This document shows positions 52,201 through 64,000 of a DNA stretch of 64,000 nucleotides, in pieces; within the stretch, counting starts at the first letter, position 1, and each line of letters starts with the position of its first letter. The position numbers were made by a program, and so were the translations under genes. Location of the stretch: assembly GCF_006345805.1 (NCBI RefSeq), contig NC_043001.1:43090001-43154000 (forward strand), written 5' to 3'. The DNA comes from Octopus sinensis. Its lineage: Eukaryota. Under the pieces are notes generated by a model. That model was not told where the DNA came from. It saw only the letters and a program-made list of their open reading frames with translations, and made no database searches.

Positions 52201-53409
52201 TATCTTGATAAATTTTTACAGAGACAATTTCTATCCTTGCTGTGTTTATGTTACAGAAAGGATTTCTGGTGCTCTTGTAAGATGCATTGATTCAATGACT
52301 ATGACTGAAATTGAATCAGAAAAATGTGTATGAACCACCTGTAATTAAGACAATTTTTTAGAGAGGAAGAATTTAGTTAACAAAATTGACTGAAGTTTAA
52401 TATTGGTATTTATTTGAATGAAAAGAAAAGTCAACCAAGAATGACTTGAACACAGAACATAGCTTAAATTAAATACTTTAAGGCTTACATTCCAGTGCTC
52501 TGACATTTTCATCTAAATCTCTACCCATACTTCATTCATTGGTTATTCAATAAAGTTGCAGTCAGTAGTGTTATAAATCAATGCATAAACTGAGAATTAC
52601 ACTTCAGTACACTTTACAAAACTACACTATTTCTTCAATAAATTATTCAGGAGGAAGAGGAACTACCCATAACATTCACAGACCTTCCAAAATTTGTGTC
52701 ATTGATACAGTTGTTAAACCTTTATGAGCTGACATAAACATTAAGTAACATAGCCAAATGCACCAATAAACATAGTTTCAAATGTGAATCTAAAATCAGG
52801 CTATAATAGATGTAAATTCTAAAACTACTGTCCATTATATATATCATTTTCACTGGCTCTTGTTGAGATACTCAGGCTCATTGGATATCTGACTTTGCAA
52901 CAACTCAGATCTTCTACTTTCTGTCCCAAGTTATATCAGGCCACTCATTGTTGATGCTATTTAACATCAGGTTAGCCTTGACTGAGTTGACCTATGATCA
53001 AAGGCATTCCACATATCACCATTCCATCTTTTGCAACCCTCTTACTTTTCCTGAAAGATGGGTAATGTGTAAGTTAAGGAAATTTGACTGTTGTTTCCAA
53101 CAAGTCAAGCAACAACGTGGATCTCTCTCATTGACTTTTCCTGTCAATTATATTTACATTTAGTTGAGTTCTTGAGGGGGACTTATCTCCTATTTTTATT
53201 ATTACATCATGTCTACATGAAATATCTTTATTATTTCTCAAATAATCCAGACAAGGGATTTGAGAAGTTGGGATTGTTGTTTGTGAAACAAGAACAAATG
53301 TTGAAAGACTAAAAACAGTGTTAGCACAATTTACGTAAAGTTTCCAACAGAAGTTACAATAAGAAAACACTTATATTGTGACTTTCAATGTACCACTAAT
53401 ATTATTTCT

Positions 53410-53765
53410 ACTGGAGGTCACATAAAAATCACCCATGTCAGTGCCACATAAATAGCACCTGTGTCAGATCCACATATAAAGCACCCATGCCAGTGCCACA
53501 TAATAGCACTGGTGCTAGTGCCACGTGGAAAACACTCTGTACATCCTGTAAAATGGTTTGCAATAGGAAGGGCATCCTGCTGTAGAAATCATACTAGAAC
53601 AGACAATTGAAGCCTGGTGCATCTCCCCTGCTGGCCAGCTCCTGTCAAATTGTTTGACCCTTACCAGCATGGAAAATGGATGTGAAATGGTGGTGGTGGT
53701 GATGGCGGCAGTGGCAGTGGTGGTGGTGGTGGTGGCGGTGGTGGTGGTGGTGGTGGTGATGATGA
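53410..53765 (+). mobile_element. RTE-tail SINE-like element ending in (GGT)n/(GAT)n
   Basis: aggaagggcatcc.gctgtagaaa...ccagcatggaaaatggatgtgaaatg plus a trinucleotide tail. Degenerate atagcacc..tgccagtgccac repeats lie upstream. Confidence 0.7.
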
Positions 53766-55769
53766 TGACTGGAATTATGAACATATTTTACATTGGTAGC
53801 ACTTTGAACCTTTCTCCAGGATCAATTCTTATAAGTGGAGTTGCATATTATTTTGTTTTTGTTTTTTTTCTCGATATCATGCTAAATATGAAAGTAACAG
53901 TTGAAGAAACTGTACCAATGATCTGAGTGTTAAACCTTGTCACACATGATGTCATGCTAGTTTGTATTAAACTGTCTGTAGAATACTCAGCCATATTAAC
54001 CATGATACAATGCTTAACATGTTCCATTAATCAAACTCCATTGCCAAAACCACTACAAGGTTCATGATGTGTGTATGTGTGTGTGTGTGTGAGAGAGGGG
54101 GTATGTGTGTGTTTTGTGTGTGCTTGTGTGTGCTTGTGTGTGTGTTCTATATTTATTAACACTGCTGTATCAATGAAGACCAGTCTTCAGAGTTATTTGT
54201 GCTTCATTTCTTGTAATAACATCTGGTAATTCCCTTCAAGCATTTCTTTGATTACAGAAGTATACTTTCACTGCTTCATTCTTATTTAAAGTGCCAGAAT
54301 ATGTGAATTTAAGAATGCCATGAGATTTTAAGCTTGTCATTGAGGACAAGTGCAATTAATAGACTGTTAATGTCATTGTTCTTTATATGTTCCTTGATTT
54401 TACCTTAGGTGATAAACACACTAATATTTATATTGATTTAATTTCATTTCAGCACCCTGTGTGAACATCCTAACTAAATTTAATTCTTTTCCAGATGATT
54501 ATACTGTGAATGTTGTGATTACATTTGTTGGAGGTTTTGTTTGAATGTTTTTGATTGTTTTACAAATATCCTTTGTGTGGAAAGATTTGGACAAGTAATA
54601 TTGTTAAACCTTATACTTGGGAAGTTCTTCATACATGAGGCATTGTATATTATTTTTGCAAGGACATGTCTCATACCTTAATTGCATTTTGAAGCAACAA
54701 CTGATTTTATTATGTTGAAAGCAGTGAGCTGGTAGAATCATTAGCATGCCAGGCAAAATGCTTAGCAACATTTTATCTGTCTTTACATTCTGAGTTCAAA
54801 TTCTACTGAGGTAGACTTTGCTTCCCATCCCTTTCAGGGTTGATAAAATAGGTACCAGTTGAACTATGAGGTCGATGTAATTAACTTATTCCCTCACCTA
54901 AAATTTGGAAATCATTATATGTATTATATCTCCTACAGAAGAAATATTCTCCAGTCACCATTTCATGTAACAGCTCAGATCTTTGGAGGTTTCAATATCT
55001 TTTTTGTTAATAAAATATTTTGTAGTTATCTTTTATTCTGAAATTGCATATACATGACCTGTAAAAGGCAATGTGATCTATCAGTAACTTGTCCAAGAAA
55101 GCTTACACATTCTTTACTTCAGGAAATATGATTGCCACTTTGTTGGTATGCAGCACATTTCTTGTCATGTTTTTTTAAGCTATATCTATATCTATCTATC
55201 GAGCATTTGTGATGTTATTTGGAGTACCATTAGATTCTTTATACTCAACTCAATTTAATTTTGTTCTTGTTATTTAAGCAAAAATTTAGTGATAATATAG
55301 TACTCAAAGTTTTTCAGAACTGATATTATATTTCTATTCTTTATTTCCCTTTGAATCATATGGTATCTTTTATCTTTTATTTGTGTCAGTCATTGGACTA
55401 CAGCTTTGCAGGGACATCACCTTAAAGCCTTTATGCAAACAAATACTTTTTTTTTTAAAGTCTGGTACTTATTCCATTGGTCTCGTTTGACAAACCACTA
55501 AGATATGGGGACATAAACAAGCCAACAGTTGTTAAGCAGGGACAAACACCAATTCAGACACACATACACATGTGCATGTGCACGTGCACGCATGCACACA
55601 CATACATACATGCACACACACACACTCACACATGCATGCATGCATGCACACACACTCACACGCATGCACACACATGCGCGCACACACACACACACACACA
55701 CATGACTTGCTTCCACACAGCTTCCATCTACCAAATTCACTCTCAAGACAATTGGCTCGCCATTTTCTT

Positions 55770-56100
55770 CATCATCCTCATCATCATCATTTAACATCTG
55801 TGTTCCATGCTAGCATGGGTAGGATGGTACCACAAGAGCCGATCAGGCCAAAGCCTGCACCAGACTTCTGTTACTGTTTTGGTAGGATTTTTACAGCTAG
55901 ATGCCTTTCCTAACACCAACCACTCAGCAGAGTGAACTTAGCGCTTTTTATGTGGAACAAGCACAAACAAGGTGAGTAGTGCTTTTTATGTGGTACAAGT
56001 ACGGGCGAAGTCAGTTTTAACAAGGTTTATACAGCTGAATGCTCTTCCAAATATCAACCACTTTACAGTGTGGGATTGGGTGCCTTTAAATGGCACCTGT
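55770..56100 (-). mobile_element. RTE-tail SINE-like element
   Basis: catcatcatttaacatctgtgttccatgctagcatggg...acagctagatgcctttcctaacaccaaccact. Confidence 0.7.
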
Positions 56101-59100
56101 TCTGACAGCATCACTAAGTACTTGCAAAACATAAACTTTTAAGAGGGGAGGAGGCATTGGAGGAGGTAATGATGAAAAGGTTATAGTGAAACAGATACAG
56201 GTGTCTTGCTATAAAGGAAGTACAAAGTTACCCGGCCAGAGAGAGAAAGATCAGGAATGAAGACAGAAACAGGTATGCTACCACAAAGAAAATATAAGGT
56301 TGCCCAACCTGAGGGAAGTGCAAGAGAAAGAGAAGGAGCAAGTGGGGGACTGCAGGATGAAGATGGTGGAAAAATGCCAGGCATACTTACAAGGAACAGG
56401 GATCAGAGTATAAATGAGATGGTTGAGTAAAGGAAGAGGGATATAGATAGTGGCAAGTGCCAGGACATATGCTTGAGGTTCAAATGTCATAATATAAGTG
56501 ACAAGCATGAGGTTGTCACTTATATTATGCATGAGGTTGAAATCTTACAGTAAAGAGGTCAGAAAATCAAAATGCTTGACATCACTTCACTAAGCATTCT
56601 AATTAGACATAAGAAATTATTGCCAAATTGTAAGTGAAAAACAAATGAAGAAAAGACTCAGCTGAAGGTTCTCAAAACAATTGTTACAGATCCTTGAAGC
56701 TCATAACTAGTTTCACAATTAAATTTCACCACAATTTTGCAGGAATGACTTCCAGGCAAAAATGTTATGGTGTTACTCTTGCAAATGCTTGTTACTTTTA
56801 TAGTAAAATTTTCAGCTGCTTGAACTAGGAAGAAAATAAAACTCATACAAACTATTAAGTTTTGTACACTGCATGACATGTTTTAGTTGTCAAAATCAAA
56901 CTTCCAAGCAGGTGCCAAATAGTCATTTCTACCTGTATGTCACATAGATCTGTTTTAACATCATTTTGGACCAATCATTAATAGACATCTATAGAGCACT
57001 CTTAATTTGGGTTGTTTATCATTAGGAGCATTGGTAGCTTTTTGAGCTAATTTTATTTCTTTTTATATGAACAGTATTGTTTTTCTGTTTTGTTTTGTTG
57101 TTTTCATTTGTATCAGAGTTCATCACAGAGCCTGCTGGCACTCTGTTGGTCAGCAAGATGATAAAGACATTCTCTCACACATACACACTCTTTCAACCAG
57201 ACACTCATAATTCTGAATATTTACTTATCATACATTCTTAGTACTTGAATGTTCTCTCATTATATGTCAAGAAATATTTTTCCACTTGCATTTCTCTTTA
57301 TAATGTCCACTATGTAACTTTGATATTATACACTAAACTATATATACATTCTTTTATATTGAACTCCACTTTTTTCCTGTAGGCACACCATTTTGTTCAC
57401 TGCACATAGCCTCATTTTTGTTGTTGCCTGAATTTCTTTATTCAGTCAGGCACCTATTCAGTTTCAGCATAATCTGCATTTATTCAAATACAAATTTTAC
57501 TTAGCAAATTGCTCATCAGACACCTAATTTAACAGTAGATTACTGTTTGATAACCATATAGCAATTCTGTTTCATGTGTAATATAAGTATCAGAAATACA
57601 ATAACAGTTTTTATATGATGCAGGGAAAAATAAGCTAGACTTCTCTATACATACTGATATGCAAACTCAACACTAGACACATTTGAAAGTATAAAAAGTA
57701 TGGTACCAAAGTAAACAATATAAGGTATCTAAGTATCACATGTGCACCAAAACTATTGCTCTCAACCTTGAAATAATCTTAGTTGAGAAAAGACAGTTTT
57801 TCCAATTAGGAATCAATAAAATATTTCATTGTACATGTTATACATACACAGATTTATTCTGCATGTACACCCTCTAAGTAGATGCAGCTTTGCTGGATGG
57901 TTAAGAAATTTGCTTCACAATCACAAGGGTCTGTGTTCAGACTTGCTGCATAGAATCTTTGACAAGTGACTCGTATTATTACATTGGATCAACCTAAACC
58001 TTGTGAGTGAAATTGGAGAGAAACTGTACAGCTGCCTGTTGAATGGATTGTATTGGTGTTTCAAAAGTTAAGTCATGTCACATTGATTCTACCTGAAGAT
58101 TACATTAATGGTATACATGTCTGTGAAATGGTTAACCACTTACAGATGAAATCAATGGGCAGATAATTTAGTTGATCAAACAATTGCATTTTCATTATCA
58201 AAATTTATGGAAAGTTATATAATTTTCGTTTCTCCCCTCAAATTTTTGTCTCTTTTACATAAATCATATATATATATATTGAATATGCCTTTGTATGATA
58301 AGGATGATACTGATCAAAGTAATTATCAATATATCTTAGAATTCTACCAAATATTTTTTCCTGTGAATGAAATATTTGAATAAGGTTTTCAATTTATCCA
58401 CCACACCATTCCGTCTCTCTTCCCAGCAGATCTATGATCAAGTATGTTCTTAACATAACCATCCTATCTGTTTTAAAACTGCACTTTCCTTTTCATCAGG
58501 CCTATGATTAATCGTGTTCTAAATATAGGTGTAGCCATGGCTGCGTAATTAAGAAATATATTTTACAACTACATGGTATTGATTTCAATCCCACAGTGCA
58601 GCACTTTTGGCATGTTTCTTCCATCATGGCCACACGTCAACTAAACTTGGAAGTCACATTCTTGTGTAGTAGATTTAATTTGTTGCCTGGTTTAATACCT
58701 TTACTTGATCCTTGGGTATCTTTATGAGAAATAATGTTGCAAGCATTCAAGCCAGGTCTCTAGTCTGAGGAGAAATCCTTCCCTTCCTCCCACCAATCAC
58801 CAATGCTACCCTTCTCTGTTGTTTAAGTCACTAAAAATAAATAAATATTTGTGCTTCAATAATTGCTAATTCTTCAATCTTTAATTTCATTGACTTGCTT
58901 ATTTAAAGACTCCTAAATTTTTGCAACTGAATATATTTTCTGTATTTGGAAATATCTAAATTACATTTTCTTTCCAACCCAACCCTTTTTAAAATCATCT
59001 ATCATTTGAGATAATAACTTAAATAATTACTCTTTAAGGAATAATAAATATCAAAAGAAATCCTAATAAATATCCAATACTTAATTATTTTTCTTTATCT

Positions 59101-59425
59101 AATTCTGATGTGGATTCAACATTTCATTTGATGACAAGGACTTTATGATATATATTTCTTTGCTCCAATAGAAGAGAAAAATAAAGATGACATAATTGTC
59201 CTAATGTAAGTTTTTTGCTCTTTCATATAATTGAGAAAAATATTGCTGCAGATATAATTCCAAACAAAAACAAACGCTTCTAGAAATTTGTATTACCAGA
59301 AAATACAAAGGTATTTTCCAGGTTTGCTTGTCTAAATTTGTAAGTACAGATTGTAGTACGATAATGTTAGTTTAATCCTTTAGTGTTCAGATTACTTTGT
59401 CAAAAGGAATCCTTATTTATGCACG

Positions 59426-59840
59426 TCATCATCATCATCATCTTCGTTTAACGTCCGTTTTCCATGCTAGCATGGGTTGGATGGTTCAACTGGGGTCTGG
59501 GGAGCCAATAGGCTGCGCCAGGCTCCAGTCTGATCTGGCAGTGTTTCTACAGCTGGATGCCCTTCCTAACACCAACCACTCCGTGAGTGTAGTGGGTGCT
59601 TTTTACGTGCCACCTGCACAGGTGCCAGACGAGGTTGGCAAACGGCCACGATCGGATGGTGCTTTTTACGTGCCACCGGCATGGACGCCAGCCACTGGCA
59701 CGGAGGCCAGCCACCATCACGGAGGCCAGCCACCGGCACGGAGGCCAGCCACCGGCATGGAGGCCAGCCACCGGCACGGAGGCCAGCCACCGGCACGGAG
59801 GCCAGCCACTGGCACGGAGGCCAGCCACCGGCACGGAGGC
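59426..59840 (-). mobile_element. RTE-tail SINE-like element with internal minisatellite
   Basis: High identity to 51781-52010 over the first 250 bp or so. Confidence 0.82.
59678..59840. repeat. 19-bp GC-rich minisatellite (GGCACGGAGGCCAGCCACC) x about 8.6
   Basis: Units counted directly, with 0-3 substitutions per unit. Confidence 0.95.
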
Positions 59841-62800
59841 ACATTAAAAAAAATAATCTGGTATTATCTTGTAGCTTCAAGATTTGAAAGATGTAATTGT
59901 TTATTTTTAGGATGACATAGCAGGATAGATGTGTGATGCTGGTCCTGGCCAGTTTGAGCATAAAATGGGTTGAATATTTGTACCGGATAGAGCCGGTTTA
60001 AACACTAAAAGATTAAACTAACTAATGCTTGAAATATAAGCATTGGATATTTGGTTTTTTTTTTAATATTTTAAAACCATAATAACAGCAAAAATCATAT
60101 CCTCTAAAGGTTGTTCATACAAGTATATTTATTAATTTTTTCTTTTTTTATATAAAATGTTATACAAATTAAATCAATCTCTGCAATAGTGGAGCGGCTG
60201 AAATTGAACTCTTTAACATTTTAACTGTGTTCAACATAAGTGTTTTTCAATGAAAGCAAATAAACAGAATCTGGTGGACAGTTTGATGTCTTTTCATCCG
60301 CCAAATACTAGCCATTAGTCATTAATTTTAAAAGAATGTAAAGCATTTCTTTAGATAGTAATTCAAGAAATTATCCTATCAGAGTTAACTTATTTCTCTT
60401 CTCATAATACAAGAGTAGGTGATTTGAGAAGATAAATAATCTTCTTCTTGCCAAATACAAAAAAATATAAATAAATGTTTCTCGATAACTACAACCTTCA
60501 TTGTTGTTTTGCATTAGATTTAAGATCATATTAGGTGCCATTTGATAGATCACCTGACCTGAGAATGGAAGCTTTGCTGCCTTTAAAACAGGAGATCATT
60601 TACAATAACTTTAAGTATCAATCTCTCATGAAATGTATAAACGAGAAATTAATTGGAGTGTGAGAGTAGTCAATCTATCAAATGATGCAATTAGTAATAC
60701 AATAAAATTTATCTTCTTCAATTAGAGTAGAGAAGCTGATAAATAAAAAGATTTGGATAAACTTACGTCATTAGATTACAGATTAAAGTATACGACTTAT
60801 CCTTTTCTTTTTCATTTTTCTTTCCTTCCTTGATATATTATTTTTATTTTTGCAGTTTGTAGAACTAAATGCTTTTAATTTTCATGTTCATTATTTCTTA
60901 TGTGGATTCTAATACAAGGTTTCTCATATAGAATTGTACATATTCTCATACGATAATTCACATTAATACACTATTTGATTTTCTAAATAATTATCACAAT
61001 AAAATTCATTAGCAAAGAAAATTTGGAACTAATTACTTGAAATTTAATTGTTTCTTATTAATTCCTGATCCTCAATCAAAATGTACATTGTTAGAAAGAA
61101 AATACAGAGTAGCAGGAATATCAGTCAATAAAGTAATGAAATTCATGCAAATATAAACATACATTGTATTTCTTCCTTCATCTATTGATTTTCAAATAAA
61201 TTTAAAGAGTGACATGCTTTTCTCAGTTTTAAAATTAGTGTTGATATATTTAATGTTGTGAATAGGAAAAATAATTATTGGATGGTGAGAACACATTAGG
61301 TCAATAACTAATATTTTAATTATTTTAGTAAATATGGGAGACAGCTCTGAACATACTTTGGTCTTTTTAAATCTCCTGAGTGAAGTATAGACTTTAGTGT
61401 ACTTACTGAAGTAATGATTCATTAACTAATCAAGAAGAATGCAGACCATAGATCTTATTACACAATTCTTCTCTACATTGTTAACATTAACTTGATTATT
61501 GTTCTCTATATCAGTGGCATCTATGAATAATTTATCTCAGTGATTTATTCTATAAATATAAGTACTCTGTGCATTATATATATAAATATTATTTATGTTT
61601 GTGTTTCATTACACAAAAACATAAACATGAATATATACCTGTAGTAAATGGGAATAGAGTTTAAAACATATTTGACTGATTAAATAAGATGACAAAAACC
61701 ATACATAAAGGTTTGTAAGTTAGTTTGAATGGGTGAAGATAATATTTTTAATTTGTTTATCAGCATGTGATGTCATATGTCACTGACTTATGTCAGAAAC
61801 AGCTATTCATCATAGCATATACATCTGGTTATTAATCTTAAAGATTTGTGAGAATGAATTTGTACATGTGGCAGTAGGCTGAAATCCATTCAGCTTTTAC
61901 TTAGAATTAAATAAGGCTGCAGTAGGTGTGTTTTTGATTTTTGTCTTTCTTTTGTGATAGAAATCATAACACTTTCATTCATTTTAAATATTGGACCTGT
62001 TCAGAATTGTCTATGTAAGATGTATTTCTTCCTTCATCTCTTAATTTTTAAATATATTCCAAAAGGAATATATCTAAATAGTAGTTTTAAAATTAGCTGT
62101 CAAAGGTGGCTGAAGGCATGGATGCAGTGGGCAGTTGCCTTGGTGCTCTATGGATCTAGAGACCCAATGCAAATTCAAATCTGTGTATACTGTTACTTGC
62201 TATCAGTAAATAAATACTAAGGGCTATAACCACACCACTTTGCTCAGAGACCTATAATGATATAATGTTTTTAAGATGACCTTGAACAGGTCAAACTTTA
62301 TTCAGTAAATCTATGTTCAAATACATTTCTGCCATGAATATTCTTTTTTTTTTTTATATAGGAACATTGTAACAGGATTTCATAGTCTAATGTGTCTTAT
62401 GGTGTAATGTGACAGATATATGGTTACTATTTTTAACTAGTTATGGGGTTTCATAGGAGCTTTTTCATTGTCCCAAACCTATAGATCTATGTAGATGTAA
62501 GAATAATGTAAGAATGTAAGAATGTAAGAATAATGAAAAATGCATACGATTAATGAATTGCTCTCATAGTCACTGTTCCTATTCATTGGACATGCAATCC
62601 CTGGGTGCTTTTGAAAGGAGAGTGTCACACCTTGTTGAAATTGCTTCTTCATTGACATTGCGATAACTAAGGACATACATGTGGTGATCCCTCATACAGT
62701 AAGGCTGGTCATGGAGTCAGTAACCTGATGGTACCTAATAACCACTAACAAATCAAACTAACAAAGATGCAAACAAATTACAAATTAAACTTTAGATTAG

Positions 62801-63399
62801 CAATGTTGGTAATATAAAAATCTATAATATTTTGCTAAAATTTATATTTTGAATCTCTGTTACTTCAAGCATATACTGATTAGATAGAATACACAAAAGT
62901 GTTTGTTATAGTATTGTTATGAATGTGTGTGTGAGACAGGTTGATTGGCAGCTCAGTTAATAGTAGTCTGTTATCTCAACAATTGCTTGTTGTAATTGCA
63001 GTTGATTGTATCATGCTTAACATAATACAAGACATTCTGGCAAGTTTTCTGTCTCCAGTGAAGATTAAAAATTAACAATAATAATGATGTGAAAACAAGG
63101 TTGGTAACAATAAGAGTAAGGGGAAAACAAGATTTAGATCTACTATAAGTAAATTAAATGATTAACAGATTGGATCTTAGCAAGGTTTTTTTGTTATAAT
63201 GGGAAATCTGTTCTGGGAATAGGAGTAGATATTTTTGTAATGAACATCCATCTAAACATTTTTATGGAGAGTGGTTGTCATGTGACTAAGGCTTGATATA
63301 CTTACTAACATTGTCACTGAGCTTCCAATGATATCAGTATTGCTATTCCTCATGCCTTACAAAACTGATGTTACATTAAGTTTTGATATGAAAGGTTAT

Positions 63400-64000
63400 G
63401 TAACCTTTTATTTCCTTGCTTTAGCTTCAATGTCAATCCTGATGGAGCTGTGTTGAAGTGCTTGCATCTAATGTGTCAAATTTACAACTTCAATGCTGAG
63501 ATCCACTGCTTCTGACTGCTTCTGTATTTTAAGGTTCGGTGGTATTGCAACAAATTCAAATGTATTAATGAGAACAAGGCTTAAGGAACCTGCATTTTGT
63601 ACTCCATCAATTCAATTGATACAGTATCCTTAGTTGAAACAAGAATGAGATACACATTTGCCATGAACCAATAAAGAAATAATTGTTAGAAAAAGCATTC
63701 TCTAATGTGTTATCTCCTGATAGCTGGTGCATCCTATGTAGGTAGTAGATAATGTGCAGTCAATAATTTTTTCTGAAAAGAGATGGCATAGATATTTGTT
63801 GAGAAGTAGAAGTATGCATAATAAATTCTTTCTTTGAAGTTGTGTAGCTTTCAGTAGGTGCTGGGGCCATTATCAGGTCTCTCATCTCTATTGCTTACTC
63901 TTGTTGAAGTAAGCTTTATAATACAGGTTTGGTGCATAGTTTGTGGTTATATGTTGTGCATCAGAAACTTTACCTCTAGTTGTGCAGATGGTAGGACCAT
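63400..64000 (-). mobile_element. Very decayed Penelope-like RT relic
   Basis: Minus strand FN*GYCIN*IDGVQNAGSLSLVLINTF resembles FNG..YKQIDGVAMGSPLSPVLANIF. Confidence 0.4.

Noticed and set aside
56658-56879. 73-aa ORF with a signal-peptide-like N-terminus
   Set aside because: No homology recognised and no supporting splice or poly(A) context; expected by chance in AT-rich DNA.
59397-59961. Repetitive 131-172-aa ORFs (PPARRPATGTEASHRHGGQ)
   Set aside because: They arise from the stop-free 19-bp minisatellite within a SINE-like element and are open on both strands.

Overview
AT-rich, microsatellite- and transposon-dense animal genomic DNA. The SINE, RTE and Penelope repertoire looks like Octopus (coleoid cephalopod); this is an inference, not a database result. 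The only host gene I can support is the 3' end of selenoprotein S (SELENOS/VIMP) on the + strand. It comprises a 58-nt exon (1554-1611) and a last exon (3092-3174) ending ...RGG-UGA-G-stop. The ORF track stops at the UGA (3166-3168). A well-formed type II SECIS hairpin (about 4103-4186) in the 3'UTR indicates that this UGA encodes selenocysteine. The rest of the window is mostly mobile-element relics: three to four Penelope-like elements (one young copy with perfect 236-bp inverted ends and a hammerhead-like motif), RTE LINE pieces, two tandem Gypsy pol relics, a hAT transposase, two mariners, a mini-Helitron, an R4/Dong-type 3' end inside (TAA)n, several TA-flanked MITE/foldback elements and many tRNA-derived SINEs. 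There are numerous long inverted repeats and several nested insertions. I found no CRISPR array, rRNA or bona fide tRNA gene. All alignments were done by eye, so coordinates of decayed elements are approximate.
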